Position numbers and translations under genes: made by a program. The notes below the pieces were generated by a model. That model was not told where the DNA came from, did not search any database, and saw nothing but the letters and a program-made list of their open reading frames with translations. From Chiloscyllium plagiosum (Eukaryota), in assembly GCF_004010195.1 (NCBI RefSeq), contig NC_057711.1:69195850-69259849 (forward strand): a stretch of DNA of 64,000 bases. Reading direction: 5' to 3'. The stretch's first letter is position 1; each line of letters starts with the position of its first letter. Below, in pieces: positions 49,001 through 63,190 of this stretch.

Positions 49001-52000
49001 ATTTGCAGAAAAGATACCCTGCCAGTACTTTATTAGTTAACCTGGCTATTGCTAATAAAATCTTACAAATACTAATACACCTTGTCAATACACTTTACCA
49101 ACCCTGATCGACCCTTAAATGTTTTTATTTAGTTAGTGAATTTAGCTAATGATTCACATTAGGTAAAGTAAAGTAATAGTAACATCACTTTCCAAGCTTG
49201 GAGCAAAAGACAAACTCATCCACTCCTGGAGACTGATTAAAAAAAAATTGGAGAAAGTAGAGCACTCATTTCCCCACTGTGGTACTGTGTACCAAATTCC
49301 CATCTGAATCAAATTCGCAACTCCATCTATCTCACTCAGGCAGAATCTCCTGACTATGCACCCCTTATGTCTGTACAGTCTGAAAAGGCTGTGAATCATT
49401 TAAAGACCTTTGCTAACTGATGCAAAGAGTGAGTTTGTGCAAAGGGCTTAAGTGAATATCACATCATGCTTTTCACTGAGCTATTTCTAACACTGAAAAA
49501 TCTGATAAAGTGATTTTGTTGAAGCAGATGTCAAACATTTTATTTGCACCTCCTTGGGTATAAAAATAATGAAATCTTTCATTATGGGTCCCATTACCAG
49601 TCATTACAGTTCATGCTTTTAAAGTTCAGAAATCCAAATCTATAAAAGAAATTTAATCCATTGCAGTCAAATTTTATACAGAAAACACATACAGGTCTGA
49701 TTCAAATAAAAATACCTCCCACCTCCACTTACCTTCTAATTAAAAGTTAACTCAGGTTTATTCCTTATTGCTGATAATGATTCTTCTCCTTGAACTGTCA
49801 TGTGGAGACAATTCACAGCCTAAGTGAAAGCCAAGATTCTCTGGTATCATTGGTGCATGCGCAAATTATGGTCATTTTTGCTGACATCATGGCATTTGTA
49901 ACACTCTCTGATTTGACAAATCTGTCTCTTATACACAGCCTCTGATGAGCCGTTGGCCCATTTAGGTTTCTGGTACAGTAAGTTGTGCCCAATTGAACCA
50001 AATATTTTCACTCAATGGATAATTGCCAACATCAGACAGTTCCCTGTTTCACAAAACTATTTTACTCACTTGAAGATTGTTAGTTCTATATCAGCATCTA
50101 CTTCTTGTAAGCTTGAAAAAAGCATAACAAGATTTACAACCTGAATCAAATTTATGACTCTACACTGCCTACATTTCATTCAGATGTAATCTCCTAACCA
50201 TTTTCCTCTTCTAGATTTCAGATTTACTGATAACAGATTTCAGATTTATATAATTTAATGAATTTAAATTCCACAAAAGCAGCAATAGGATTTGAGTTTT
50301 TGTTTTCAGGTCCAAGTCTAGGTTTCTGATCCAAGAACATAACCACAATGTTGCCATACCCTTGCTCTGAAAGCTGTGTAAGCCTAGCATCCTAACATTA
50401 TAAGCCATGACCGTACATTTAATAACTTGAGTTCATATACAGCTTTAACATAATGCCCAAAACTTCTTCACTGAACACAACACCATTTCAACCTAGACAT
50501 AAAAGAAAGATTAAAGAACATGTGTTTTGAGGAAGCTTTTAAAAGAGGAGAAAGAGCAAGGACAGGAGCTTAGTAATGATTTTTCAGATGTGAGGTTGAA
50601 ATAGCTACAGACTCTGTAGACCTAACTGGAGCTAATGACAAATAGTTCCAGAGGTGTGTCATAACTCATCTGAACAGATTAATTGAAATCTATATAAAGC
50701 GGAGACCAGATCAGAAGAGTGGGAGGTAAGTAGATCTGCAGTCTAGAATTGAAGGGTCTTAACTATGCTGAGGCGGATTTCCTACTTTCGGAACAAACTT
50801 CAATGAATACTGCAGCCCAATAAAGTAAAATGTCTCCTTCTCACTGGTGCAGGAATGTCTCATGTAAGAGCCAACAACAATTTCGATACAGTCTTGAATT
50901 GTGACTTTGGACTGCAGCAAAGATATATACAAATTATATACCAATATTATTTAATTAATATTATGAAATATCTTGCATCTATTTAGTAACACATCTGTTA
51001 CTTTGTCTAGGTATCCTGCAGTTTGTCACATGGTTTCATTTTACAAAAAAAAGCTGTGCAAAAATATGATAAGCTGACATCCCCTTTTTTTATCATTACA
51101 TTGTGATCATGTCTATGCACAAATTCTTTAGTTATTTCATTGTGCATTCTTCCTTAGTTCATGCTCTTATACTTTGGAAGTGCTCTTATCATATCTTTAT
51201 ATGGTAAATCTTTGAAGTGGAAGCTTCAAACATTTTTTCTCTTAAAACACACTATAAATGACAGCTGTATGTGTAATAACAGAACTTTTCTAACCATATT
51301 GACTAAACCTAGCTAGTTGTGTAACCTGCAGCCGCTCAAACCTGTTACTCTTGAGGCAAGATTTTATGCATAAACATGATGACGGTGCGATCAGTGAATT
51401 GTGCTTTCCTACTGTACTGATGCTGATTTCAAAGCTCTTACATAGTTGATTTCGCAGCCAAAAGCAGCTTTTATCTCGATTACTAAGATTAAGGCTGAGT
51501 GCCTAACAGTCTGCATACTGATTAGTTTGTTTTTTGCTGTTAATATGAATGGTCTAGCTGGTTGAATATCACCCAGTTACATCTGTGTTTTGCCAGCAGC
51601 CGCTAATTATTTCCCTTATTAGCAGCATTACTGGCAACAACTCCAAAAGCAAAGTAATTAACTTCAGATGTTAGTTCCTTTTGAAGTAGTAGATTCCAAT
51701 ACAACCAGTAGAAGATCAAAATCACAGCCGACAGAAAATCAACATCACAGATGTTGAAAACTGAGAGTATAAGCTGTGGGAGACACACTCGTGGGGACTA
51801 GGCTTTATTATTGGAAGAAGATCTGATTCACAACCAATCAACCAATGAACATGAATTTAGTGGCTCATGCTTTTTGGCCCAGTAAATGATTGTTGTAGCC
51901 TTGGTACTTGTACAAACTCTGAAGATTTATTACATTCTTTTTCAAAACCAAGTATAAATATATTCCACCACAAATCAATTTACATCTACATAGATTTTCA

Positions 52001-53619
52001 ATGATGTAATCCATTCACCAGCTTATCCCCAAGGTTACAATCTGCTATTAACAACAAATGCAACTCTTTTGAAAACACACCTTCCCTTTCTCTCACTAAT
52101 TTCACCCTCCAAACTGAAAAAAAAATCACTCTGTAAGAAAATTGTTTGTATTCAGTGATCCAAACCATACAGATAAATATCTAGAAAATGAAATATACTT
52201 GACAGCAACAGAAGAGTACTTTGATCCTCTATCAATCTTGTTGGTAATACACAGAAACTGTGTTGGTCTTTTGATTTAATTTTAACTGTGTTTATAGTTA
52301 TATTACAATAAAACTAAATATACAAGACTGAAAATCAACATATAGACTAAACAATTTACAGAGCTCAAACTAAACCTGCTATGTATGTGCATCAATGCAT
52401 TTCAACTTATCGCTTTCTCAGTTCGGAGAATCAGTAAGATAATAATGTGGAATGCACAAGGGATTCAGGCGAACCCCAGAACTTTAGCTATTTTGAATAA
52501 TGGACAACAGCTGGTACATGACACTGATGCAAACCAGATCCAGCAGGTCAAGCCATATTCTGAACATTCCAGCAGTGGCCCATATAACAGGAAAAAAAAT
52601 CAGACTTTATAGTAAGATAATTTTTTTAAATGAGCATTATGGATAAGATCCTCAAAACAATAGGTTTTAAATAGCTGATAACTACAGGTACAATTTTATT
52701 TGAAAATAAATTCAGTCAGGGTATAAATGATTTACTGTGAGACACATTTAATATAACATTAGCACACAATGGAATGTTTTGCTTCTATTCTAATCCGGCC
52801 TTCGGTCCTTAGGGCTTCTATGCTTGGGGCCTCCAATATAATTGGCCTGCAACTGCCGTATTTTTCAGGGTGGACTGTGATGCTGAAAAGCCATCCATCA
52901 TGGTGCCACAGATGTATTTAGTAGGCTTTTCCAATTGTCTTGAAATCTGTAGCACAATCTCAGACACTATCCCCAGTGCCTGAACACATGTTTAGCATTC
53001 TACAAGAATCCCTTATCTAAGTAACCAGGAGTATGAGAACTGAGTCTCAAGGATCCTCAGCCTGATTGATATTTTCATATCTTCATATCTTCTAGTCAAG
53101 AGTTTTGCCAGGAGTAGGTGGATGATATCATAGATGCAATGCTGTTCCAGAAACAGATGGGTTTGTAGTTATTAATCCTGTTCTGTTGCTTTTTCCTGTA
53201 CAACAATAGGACTTCTTTTTTCCGGTCCCATCACTAAGCATATTTTCACACTACGGCAAGCAAGTAATATGTCAGGTGCCCAGCCCAACTCATGCGCATC
53301 CCCTCCTGAGATACTTTCCATAATACAGAGAGTAAGGCACTCATAGGTTAACTGATGGCATCAACTGCCCAATTAAGCAGCAATAAAGAGCCTTCATCTG
53401 CCACTATTACCACAATGTGGAGGAGCTAATGTTGAACTGGAATCGATAAAGGTGTTCTGTGATTTTTAACCAAAGTCATAAACAGAGGGGTTATGGAGTC
53501 ATACTTCAAAGATGTCACCATAGCTTTTATCACTGTCTGCACTTGAAAATGCAGTCCCATTTTCCATGCACTTCCCCCCCCCAACCCATCCTCCTTCCAC
53601 CTGACACATCACTGATTCC

Positions 53620-54790
53620 AGTTTTGCTAGGGCTCCTTGATGCTACATTCAGTCAAATGAAGTCTTGATGCCAAGGACTGTGACTCTTTCCTTACCTCTG
53701 GAATTCACCTCTTTTGTCTATGTTTCAACCAAGGCTGTAATGAGGTCAGGAGGTGAGTGGCCCTGGCGGAACCCAAACTGGGCATCATTGAGCAGGATAT
53801 TGCTGAGCAGGTGCTGCTTGATAGGACTATTGATGACATCTTCCATAATTTTGCTGGTGATGAAGAGTAGATTGATAAGGCAGTAAATGACTAATTTGGA
53901 TTTGTTCTGTGTTTTATGTACAGGACATACCTGCAAAATTTTCCACTTTATTGGGTAGATGCCAGTGTTGTAACTGTACTGGAATAGCTTGGCTAGGGGA
54001 GTAGCAAGTTCAGGAGCACAAGGCTTCAGTACCATTACCAGAATGTTGTCAGGGTCTATAGCTGCAGCATCCAGTGCCTCCAACCATTTCATGATATCAC
54101 ATGGAGTGAATTGAATTAGCCGAAGACCAGTATCTGAAATGCTGGTTATCATTGGAGGAGGCCGAGATGGATCATCCCCTTGGCATTTCTGGTTGAAGAT
54201 TGCTGCATATGCTTCAGCCTTATCTTTTTTGCACTGATGTGCTGGGCCCTTCCATCATTGAGGATGGGAATATTTGTGGAACCTTCTCCCCCAGTGAGTT
54301 GTTGAATGGCTTATCACCATTAATGACTGGATGTGGCAGGACTTGCAGAGCTTAGATATGATTGATGGTTGTGGGGTTGCTTAATTCTGTCTATCACTTG
54401 CTGCTTATGCTGCTAGGTGGCTTCACCAGGTTGACACCTCATTTTCACTTATATCTATTCCTGGCTTGCCCTCTTGCACTCTGTACTGAACCAGGGTTGA
54501 TCCCTGGCTTGAAGGTAATGGTTGAGTGGGGAAATATGGACAATGAGGTTGCAGATTGTGCTGGAGTATAGTCCTGCTGCTGTTGATGGTCCACAGCACC
54601 TCATGAATGCCCAGATTTGAGTCGCTAGATCTGTTCAAAGTCTGTCCCACTTAGTATGGTGATAATGCCACACAACACTGAGTTTATTCTCAATGTGAAG
54701 GGAGTACTTTGTTTCCACAAGGACTGTGTGATGATCACTCCGACTGATACTGTCATGGACAGATGCATCTGCAGCTGGCAGATTTATAAG
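53620..54790 (-). mobile_element. LINE RT fragment (same family as 14500-16225)
   Basis: ORF 53718..54152 PDNILVMVLKPCAPELATPLAKLFQYSYNTGIYP..QFGFRQGHS. Confidence 0.85.
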
Positions 54791-55904
54791 GATGTTTTTT
54801 AAGTGTCACTTCAACACATATTAGGCAGAATTTCCCCAAAATTTGGCCATGTGTCAATTTTGCGGAGTTTCATGGAGGATTTCTCTTGCAGATTTTCTCA
54901 CACAATCTTACACAGCTCACCTCATTACGTGTGCATCATGTCACTATCTCCAGCGCTGTTCTTGAGCTATCTTGTGCTCACCAGGGGCAGATATGGTCAG
55001 TCCTGCTGGGATCTTTCAGGTTTCCCACGATCGGGTACCATATCCAAAGCTTAGAAATGCAAGAGTTCAAAAACAGCAAGCCAGAAATAGCCCTTCATGT
55101 TGTGGTATGTCAAGAATGTGAAAATCTCTGTTAGTGACAGAGGAATACCCACAATGTCACATAGAGGTCAAGGAATTTCTTTGCTTTACAAGGGCAGTTT
55201 TGTCACATATCCCAGGACATTTTCAGTTGGCAATGCCTCTCTCTGGAGGGAATTCCATCAGTGAAGAATGACTATGAGTCTCCTGCACATTTTCTAGATT
55301 CTGAGGGTAACTTTGGCTGAAACTCTAAACTAGGAGGTTGCACCATATCCACTGGAAGCTGCTGCTCATCCTGACATTCCAAACACATGTAAATCTGATC
55401 AATTCCTTGGCTATTAGTAGTGCAGTGGACATAGAGATGACAACTGGTTTTGTGTCTTGAACCATTGTTGATGATTCTAATGAGCCTATTTGGGGAATAT
55501 CAAAACTGAGCAGCTTTTCAGGAATGTGTCAGTCAACAGTTACAGCACACACAAATGACATTTAGCCATTGTCCTCCAAACACTAGGACATACAAACTTC
55601 TGAAAAGATAGGTTAAGGGATAGTTTTTTTTTAGTAATAGAAGAAATGAAACCTCCACTCCCACCCTCACAGCCCATATTACCCCCAAAAAACCAGCTTT
55701 GAACGTAAGGTAATAATGAAAATATTTTATCGTTCAAAGTATATGATAAACAGCTCCTGGACCATGTGCAAGCTATGAGAAGGTGTAGGTGTTTGTGAAC
55801 TGTGGAATGTAGGTGGCACTTTATAGGTTACCTGACATTACTGTGGCTTCACTGCCATTACTAGAATTGACTTGTAATGATCAATAACATGAATAATACT
55901 AAAA

Positions 55905-56435
55905 TTAAACAAGGCACTAGTCAGCCAACAGCTAGAATACTGTGAACAGTTTGGGGTCCCTTTTCTAAGGAAAGTTATTCTGGCATTGGAGGCAGTCCAG
56001 AGAAAGTTCATTAGGCTAACACCAGGTTTGGAGGTACTGTCTTGAAAGAAGAGGTTGATTCTGTATTCATTACAATTTACAAGAATCAGATGGAACATTT
56101 TTGAAATGTGCAAGATTCTTAGGGTAGATACAGAGAGTTTGTTTCCCTGTATGGGTGAGTCTCGATCCAGAAGGCACAACCTCAGAATAAGGGGTCACAT
56201 ATTTAAGACAGAGATGAAGAGGAATTTCTTCTCTGAGGGTAGTGAATCCATGGAATTCTTTACCACAGAGGGTTGTTGAGGCTGGCTTGTTAAGTACATT
56301 CAAGGTTGAGATAGACATATTTTTAATCAGTAAGGGTAACAAAAGTATTAACAGATCAGCCATGATCTCACTGGATGGTAGAGCAGACTCATTAGGCTGA
56401 ATAACCTACTTCTGTGCCTATGTCTTATAGTCTTA
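55905..56435 (+). mobile_element. CR1-clade LINE 3' fragment
   Basis: LVSQQLEYCEQFG, ESRSRRHNLRIRG; tail ggctgaataacctacttctgtgcctatgtcttat. Confidence 0.8.
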
Positions 56436-56514
56436 ATGACATGGCTAGGATTACTTGTCGACATAGTGGCTCACTCCATGGGAGTTCACCTTCTGGAATT
56501 CTCTGTCTTTAACC

Positions 56515-58590
56515 TAGAGTCATAGAGATGTACAGCACGGAAACAGACCCTTCAGTCCAACTCGTCCATACCCACCAGATATCCCAACCTAATCTAGTCC
56601 CATTCACCAGCATTTGGCCCATGTTCTTCTAAACCCTTCCTATTCATATACCCATCCAGATGCATTTTAAATCTTGCAATTGTACCAGCTTCCACCACTT
56701 CCTCTGGCAGCTCATTCCATACGCACACCACCCTCTGCATGTAAATATTGCCCCCTAGGTCTCTTTAATATCTTTCCCCTCTCACGCTAAACCTATGCCT
56801 TCTGGTTCTGGACTCCCCCATCCCAGCGAAAAGACTTTGTCTATTTATTTTATCTATCCCCTCATGATTTTATAAACTTGTAAAAGGTCACCCCTCAGAC
56901 TTTGACGCTGGAGGGAAAACAGTCCTGGCCTATTCAGCCTCTTCCTATATCTCAAATCCTCCAACCCTGGTAACATTCTTGTAAATCTTTTCTAAACTCT
57001 TTCTAAATCTGCATGGCAGGGTGAAATGTGAGAAGGATGTTAGGACAATACAAGGTGACTTGGACAGGCTAGGTGAGTGGACGGATGCATGGCAGATTGG
57101 ATAAATGTGTGGTTATCCACTTTGGTGGCAAGAACAGGAAGGCAGATTACTATCCAAATGGAGTCAAGTTAAGTAAAGGGGAAGTACAATGAGATCTAGG
57201 TGTTCTTGTACATCAGTCAATGAAAGCAAGCACGTAGGTAATGCAGGCAATGAAGAAAGCTAATGGCATGGTGGCCTTCATAACAAGACAAATTGAGTAT
57301 AGGAACAAAGAGGTCCTTCGGCAGCTGTACAGGGCCCTGGTGAGACCGCACCTGGAGTATTGTGTGCAGTCTTGGTCTCCAAATTTGAGGAAGTGCAGCG
57401 TAGGTTCATGAGGTCAATTCCCGGAATGGAGGGACTATCATATGTTGAAAAACTGGAGCGAATGGGCTTGAGTTTAGATGGATGAGAGGGCATCTGATTG
57501 CGAAGTATAAAATTATTAATGGATTGGACACTCTGGAGGCAGGAATTATGTTTCCACTGATGGGTGAGTCAAGAACCAAAGGACACAGTTTAAAAATAAG
57601 GGGTAGGCCATTTAGAACAGAATTGAGGAAAAGCTTCTTCACCCAGAGAGTGGTGGATATATGGAAAGCTCTGTCCCAGAAGGCAATGGAGACCACGTCT
57701 CTGGATACTTTCAAGAAAGAGATGGATAGAGCTCTTAGAGAGAGTGGAATCATGGGTTATGGGGATAAGGAAGGAACAGGATTCTGATTGTGGGTGATCA
57801 GCCATGATCATAATGAATGGTGGTGCTGGCTCGAAGGGCCGAATGGCCTACTCCTGCACCTATTGTCTATTGTCAAGTTTCACAACATCCTTCTGATAGG
57901 AAGGAGACCAGAATTGCACGCAATATTCCAATAGTGGCCTAACCAATGTCCTGTATAGCCGCAACGAAACCTCCCAACTCCTATACTCAATGCTCTGAGC
58001 AATAAAGGAAAACATACCAAACCCCTTCTTCACCACCCTATCTACCTGTGACTCCACTTTCAAGGAGCTATGAACCTGCACTCCAAGGTCTCTTTTTTTC
58101 AGCAACACTCCCTAGGACCTTAACATTAAGTGTATAAGTCCTGCTAAGATTTGTTTTCCCAAAATGTAGCACCTTGCATTTATCTAAAATTAACTCCATC
58201 TGCCACTCTTCAGCTCATTGGCCCATCTGATCAAGATCCTGTTGTAATCTGAGGTAACCTTCTTCGCTGTCTGCAACACTTCCAATTTTGGTGTCATCCG
58301 CAAACTTACTAACTATACCTCCGATGTTCATTTCCAAATCATTTATATAAATGACAAAAAGTAGTGGATCTGGCACTGGTCCTCCACTGGTCACAGGCCT
58401 CCAGTCTGAAAAACAGCCCTCCACCACCACCCTCTGTCTTCTACCTTTGAGCCTGTTCTGTATCCAATTGGCTAGTTCTCCTTGTATTCCATGAGATTGA
58501 ACTTTGCTAACCAATCTCCCATGGGGAACCTTGTCGAACACTTTACTGAAGTCCATATAGACCACGTCCATTGCTCTGCCCTCATCAATG
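56515..58590 (-). mobile_element. HER1/CR1 LINE (RT to 3' end) split by a plus-strand CR1 insertion at about 57010-57873
   Basis: ORFs 58215..58571 (DVVYMDFSKVFDKVPHGRL..FADDTK) and 57860..58108; inner element ORF 57482..57787 with tail gggccgaatggcctactcctgcacctattgtctattgtc. Confidence 0.9.
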
Positions 58591-59843
58591 CCAGTCTTTG
58601 TGTCTGTTTAATGCAATGACCTCTTGAATGGCCTCGTATCAGGCACAAATAGAGTCCACTCTCAGAGAAAAAAACACTTCTTGTGTTCACTTTAGGTGTG
58701 GTGGCAACAGTTTTTAATTTCATTGTGCATTTGTGATTCAGTTAAGGAGGGAAGGTAACGTAGAGAGAGAGATAATTTAATTTAATTTAAATCTTCATCT
58801 CCCCACTTCACCTCCTGAGCCTCAGGAGTTAGTTATGTGAAAAAAAGACCATTTTGAACCTAAATGGGTCATACATGATTTCTTAATTTCTGCACTTTTG
58901 TAAAGCTCATTGCAATAAAATTTGATAGAAACATTTAAAAAAATGACAAACATCATGATGCACTGTCCCTCCATTGAAACTAGAGTGGTAGTGACCATCG
59001 ATGACATATCCCTTCTGCAGTCCCCCTCTAAGTCCTCCATGCTCTATCATCTCCTACTCTTGAATGCTGAGTTACTTCCTGTCATAATTATTGGTTCCCC
59101 CCTCTATACCAGTATGCTGCCTTTAATCCCTATAATTGACTTCTCCAACTTCCCCACCATAGCAATGAGCCTTGATAAACATCTTGTCTGTCAGTGAACC
59201 ATTCCTTGGACTGATTGTGGCCAACACCCAACTGACTTTAAACAACAGCCTTGACTAATATCTGTACAGCTCCTCAGCTGACATGTTAGCCCCGGACTGG
59301 TTGTAATAGACCTGGAGGACTGACCATGGCCAACTCCCCAGGCCATAATGATGCAGATTCCCTGACTCTGAATGCCCTAGGCAGTGGACTGACTGTCCAA
59401 GATCCTAGACTAATGTTGTGCAATGCCCTTGACTGACTGTGTTAGCACAGCCTGACTGAAAAAAAGTCTTCCTTGACATGACCAAGGACCAGTCCCCTGA
59501 GACTTTTGAGATCATTTGGTTGAAACACATTCAATATGCTTGGCATGTACGCTGCTGGGATACACTACAAGTATAAAATGGTGCTGCACACCAACATGTC
59601 CACCTCCTTGACTCATCATTGCTGGCAAAAATTGCAGGCAGCCTGGCTCTGTGTCTATGTTAAAAAGCAATGCAAGTCAGAAATACTGTGAGCCTTTAAC
59701 GTCTGAATTAGGAGTTAGTGTGTAAATAGACAATGCACGACAGAGATGCTGTACACATCCAAGTAGCTGCAAAGTGAGAGAAGGCTGAGAAAGTAAACAA
59801 GTAGCCCTAAGATGTAGCCTGCTTCAGTGCCTGTCCTGGAAGT

Positions 59844-60050
59844 CATGATTTGGAGGTGCTGGTGTTGGACTGGGGTGGACAAACTTAAAAATCACACAAT
59901 ACCAGGTTATAGTCCAACAGGTTATTTGGAAGCACTAGCTTTCGAAGTGCTGCTCCTTCATCACAACCACCTGATGAAGGAGCAGTGCTTCAAAAGCTAG
60001 TGCTTCCAAATAAACTTGTTGGACTATAATGTGGTGTTGTGTGATTTTTC
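59844..60050. mobile_element. Penelope-like terminus (family D), palindromic with two back-to-back hammerhead motifs
   Basis: Arms 59887-59963 and 59972-60049 are inverted. Plus strand cac-CTGATGA-a-ggagc(agt)gcttc-aAAA-g-CTA-gtg; TSD cctggaagt at 59835-59843 and 60058-60066. Confidence 0.75.
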
Positions 60051-60842
60051 TATTTGCCCTGGAAGTGGCATGGAAGAAGCATTGCAATAAAGGGTGTTAT
60101 TGAGCTATGAAGTGCAGTATGGAACTGCGTTATAAGGGCATTGGAGATGTACCACGATGATGTGGTGAGGCTGATTCTTGGTTGATGCCAGCTGCTGAGG
60201 ATGGAGGGTATAGGCAGTAAGTGCCCATAGAGCATACCCAGAGATGTTTGGGGAATGCTGTTCAGGATAGATACACAGAGAAGACTTCAGTGAGTTACAG
60301 TCACAGGATGCACACTCTGCATTTCACGTTAGTAATTACCACAATCTAGTTTCAATCTGTTGCTTGGGAAAATAACAATATGCATATAAATGACATGAGA
60401 TTAGGTAATAAAGATTAATGCATTAAGGTGGGCCCTTCATCATTCCCTTACATGATTCTCATCTAGCGATTAAAATGCAAAGCCAAAAACCAGACTCTTT
60501 TTCTTGATCTGGAATCAATTTTTCCATTCTCGCTATATTTTCCCAATTGTCTCATCATTGCCAATACCATTCAGGGCCTGGGAAGATTCAGACCATTGTT
60601 TCATAGACAACTGAAAGTCGATTATCTTTTATCTTTTTTCATAACTCATTCCACAGCGTTATTAGGGAGGGATTCAGAACATTGACCCAGCTTCAGTGAA
60701 GGAATGGTAATGTTGAAAAGGTCAGGATGGTGTGTAGCTTGGAGGGGAACTTGTAGGTAATGTTCCCATGTATCAGCTGCTGCTGCTGACCTTATTTTTC
60801 AAGATGGGTAAAGGTGTTGTCTAAGGAGCCTAGGTGAGTTAA

Positions 60843-61960
60843 AGTCATAGAGAAGTACAGCACGGAAACAGACCCTTCAATCCAATTAGTCCCTGCCAAT
60901 CAGAAATCCCAACCGAATCTAGTTCCATTTGTCAACACTTGGCCCATACCCCTCTATACCCTTCCTATTTATATATCTATCTAGATGCCTTTAAATGTTG
61001 CAATTGTACCAGCCTNNNNNNNNNNNNNNNNNNNNNNNNNNNNNNNNNNNNNNNNNNNNNNNNNNNNNNNNNNNNNNNNNNNNNNNNNNNNNNNNNNNNN
61101 NNNNNNNNNNNNNNNNNNNNNNNNNNNNNNNNNNNNNNNNNNNNNNNNNNNNNNNNNNNNNNNNNNNNNNNNNNNNNNNNNNNNNNNNNNNNNNNNNNNN
61201 NNNNNNNNNNNNNNNNNNNNNNNNNNNNNNNNNNNNNNNNNNNNNNNNNNNNNNNNNNNNNNNNNNNNNNNNNNNNNNNNNNNNNNNNNNNNNNNNNNNN
61301 NNNNNNNNNNNNNNNNNNNNNNNNNNNNNNNNNNNNNNNNNNNNNNNNNNNNNNNNNNNNNNNNNNNNNNNNNNNNNNNNNNNNNNNNNNNNNNNNNNNN
61401 NNNNNNNNNNNNNNNNNNNNNNNNNNNNNNNNNNNNNNNNNNNNNNNNNNNNNNNNNNNNNNNNNNNNNNNNNNNNNNNNNNNNNNNNNNNNNNNNNNNN
61501 NNNNNNNNNNNNNNNACCCTTTCAAGTTTCACAACATCATTCCAATAGTAGGAGATCAGAATTGCATGCAATATTCCAAAAGTGGCCTAACCAGCCACAA
61601 CATGACCTCCCAACTCCTGTACTCAATGATCTGACCAATAAACCATACCAAACGCCTTCTTCACCATCCTGTGTACCTGCGACTCTACTTTCAAGGAGCT
61701 ATGAACCTACACTCCAAGATCTCTTTGTTCAGCAACACTCTCGAGGACCTTACCATAAGTGTAGAAGTCCTGCCATGTTTGGCTTTCCCTAAATGCAGCA
61801 CCTTGCATTTATCTAAATTAAACTCCATCTGCCACTCCTCAGCCCATTGGTCCATCTAATCAAGATCCTGTTGTAATCTGAGGTAGCCTTCTTCACTTCC
61901 ACTACACCTCCAATTTTGGTGTCATCTGCAAACTTACTTACTATACCTCCTATGTTCATA
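60843..61960 (-). mobile_element. HER1/CR1 LINE 3' fragment spanning the assembly gap
   Basis: Both gap flanks are collinear with the copy at 56515-58330. Confidence 0.85.
61016..61515. other. Assembly gap (500 N)
   Basis: Run of exactly 500 N. Confidence 1.
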
Positions 61961-63008
61961 TCTACTATAGTGCATTTCGTAGATGGTACAATAGTACAGC
62001 CATCCTAATTGTGAATTGAACATATTGCATACTTTTGTTACTACTTATAATATTGTCTTTTTTTTATTGAAGCTATCTGTTTGTAATACAGAATTTTTGA
62101 GAGTCCTGGGAGTTTGCTCTATTCCCATACCGATGAATGAATTGTTTGGCTATTCTCACTAGGCTGCATAATTTGAGACCTTTTAGTTCACTGATATATT
62201 AGGATGCATATTTGTTGCTGACAACACAGAAGAAAATGTTTCCACATCTATTCTGTTTTCAAAACTTTTTGTGATCTCGTAGTTTTTGTGCTTGTCTAAT
62301 ATCATGGAGATTGTGAGTTTGAGTCCCACCTTAGAAAATTGTAAAAATAAATTTCATAGGTCTGGAAATTTCTGGACAAGGTTAACGAAGAACATACTGG
62401 TTCACTTATGCTCTTTCATAAGGAGAAATGCCATTCTTACCAAATGAGGACTCCAATCCTACAGTATGTGAGCAATGTAAATCACATCCTAAGAACAGAT
62501 TAAAGTGATTCATCTTTGCTGTCTTTATTTATGTGCAGGGACAGACATCAAGTTACGCCACCTGCTACTGTCTGATGCATAGATAATACGAAGCATCTTT
62601 CCGTAAAATAAGTTAGCAAACTAACTCATGATGACAAATTAAAAGGAATCAAATGCTATTTAGAAGACCAGTAGATGTGACCTCATTGCTAAACAACAGA
62701 GACCTGTAGTGAGCTGAACTATTTGCAAACATAGCAGGTCATTTTTCCAATGCTCTGGGCAACCTTTATGATTCAGCAACCAAACACAATTTAATTGGCC
62801 ATTTATTTTGATGCAGTTGTGAGGCATGTTTGTAAATGTGCTCCCAAATTTGCCTACAGTGATTATACTCAAAAGTACCAGATGAATTAAAGCTCTTTTC
62901 TCTTTACTTTCAGAATGAATATTAAAGGCTGCTAGATTGGAAATGGCTGTATCTTTTATTGCAGACAAGCACACTGCAGATCTTCACTGATCTCATTGGA
63001 CTACATGG

Positions 63009-63190
63009 AGAAAGTGAGAACTGCAGCTGCTGGAGATCAGAGTCGAGAGTGTGGTGCTGGAAAAGTAAAACAGGTCAGGCAGCATCCAAGGAGCAGGAGA
63101 ATCAATGTTTTGGGCATAAGCCCTTCATCAGGATTCCTGCTGCTGGAATGCTACCTGACCTACTGTGCATTTCCAGCACCACATTCTTGA
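63009..63190. mobile_element. Penelope-like terminus (family A) with short inverted tail, decayed hammerhead
   Basis: Perfect 15-bp TSD cattggactacatgg at 62994-63008 and 63191-63205; gggcataagcccttcatcagg at 63112-63132. Confidence 0.82.

Noticed and set aside
54800..55520. Harbinger transposase remnant
   Set aside because: Only vague resemblance; no readable DDE-region motifs.
60939..61792. Long ORFs spanning 61 kb
   Set aside because: Artefacts of the N run.
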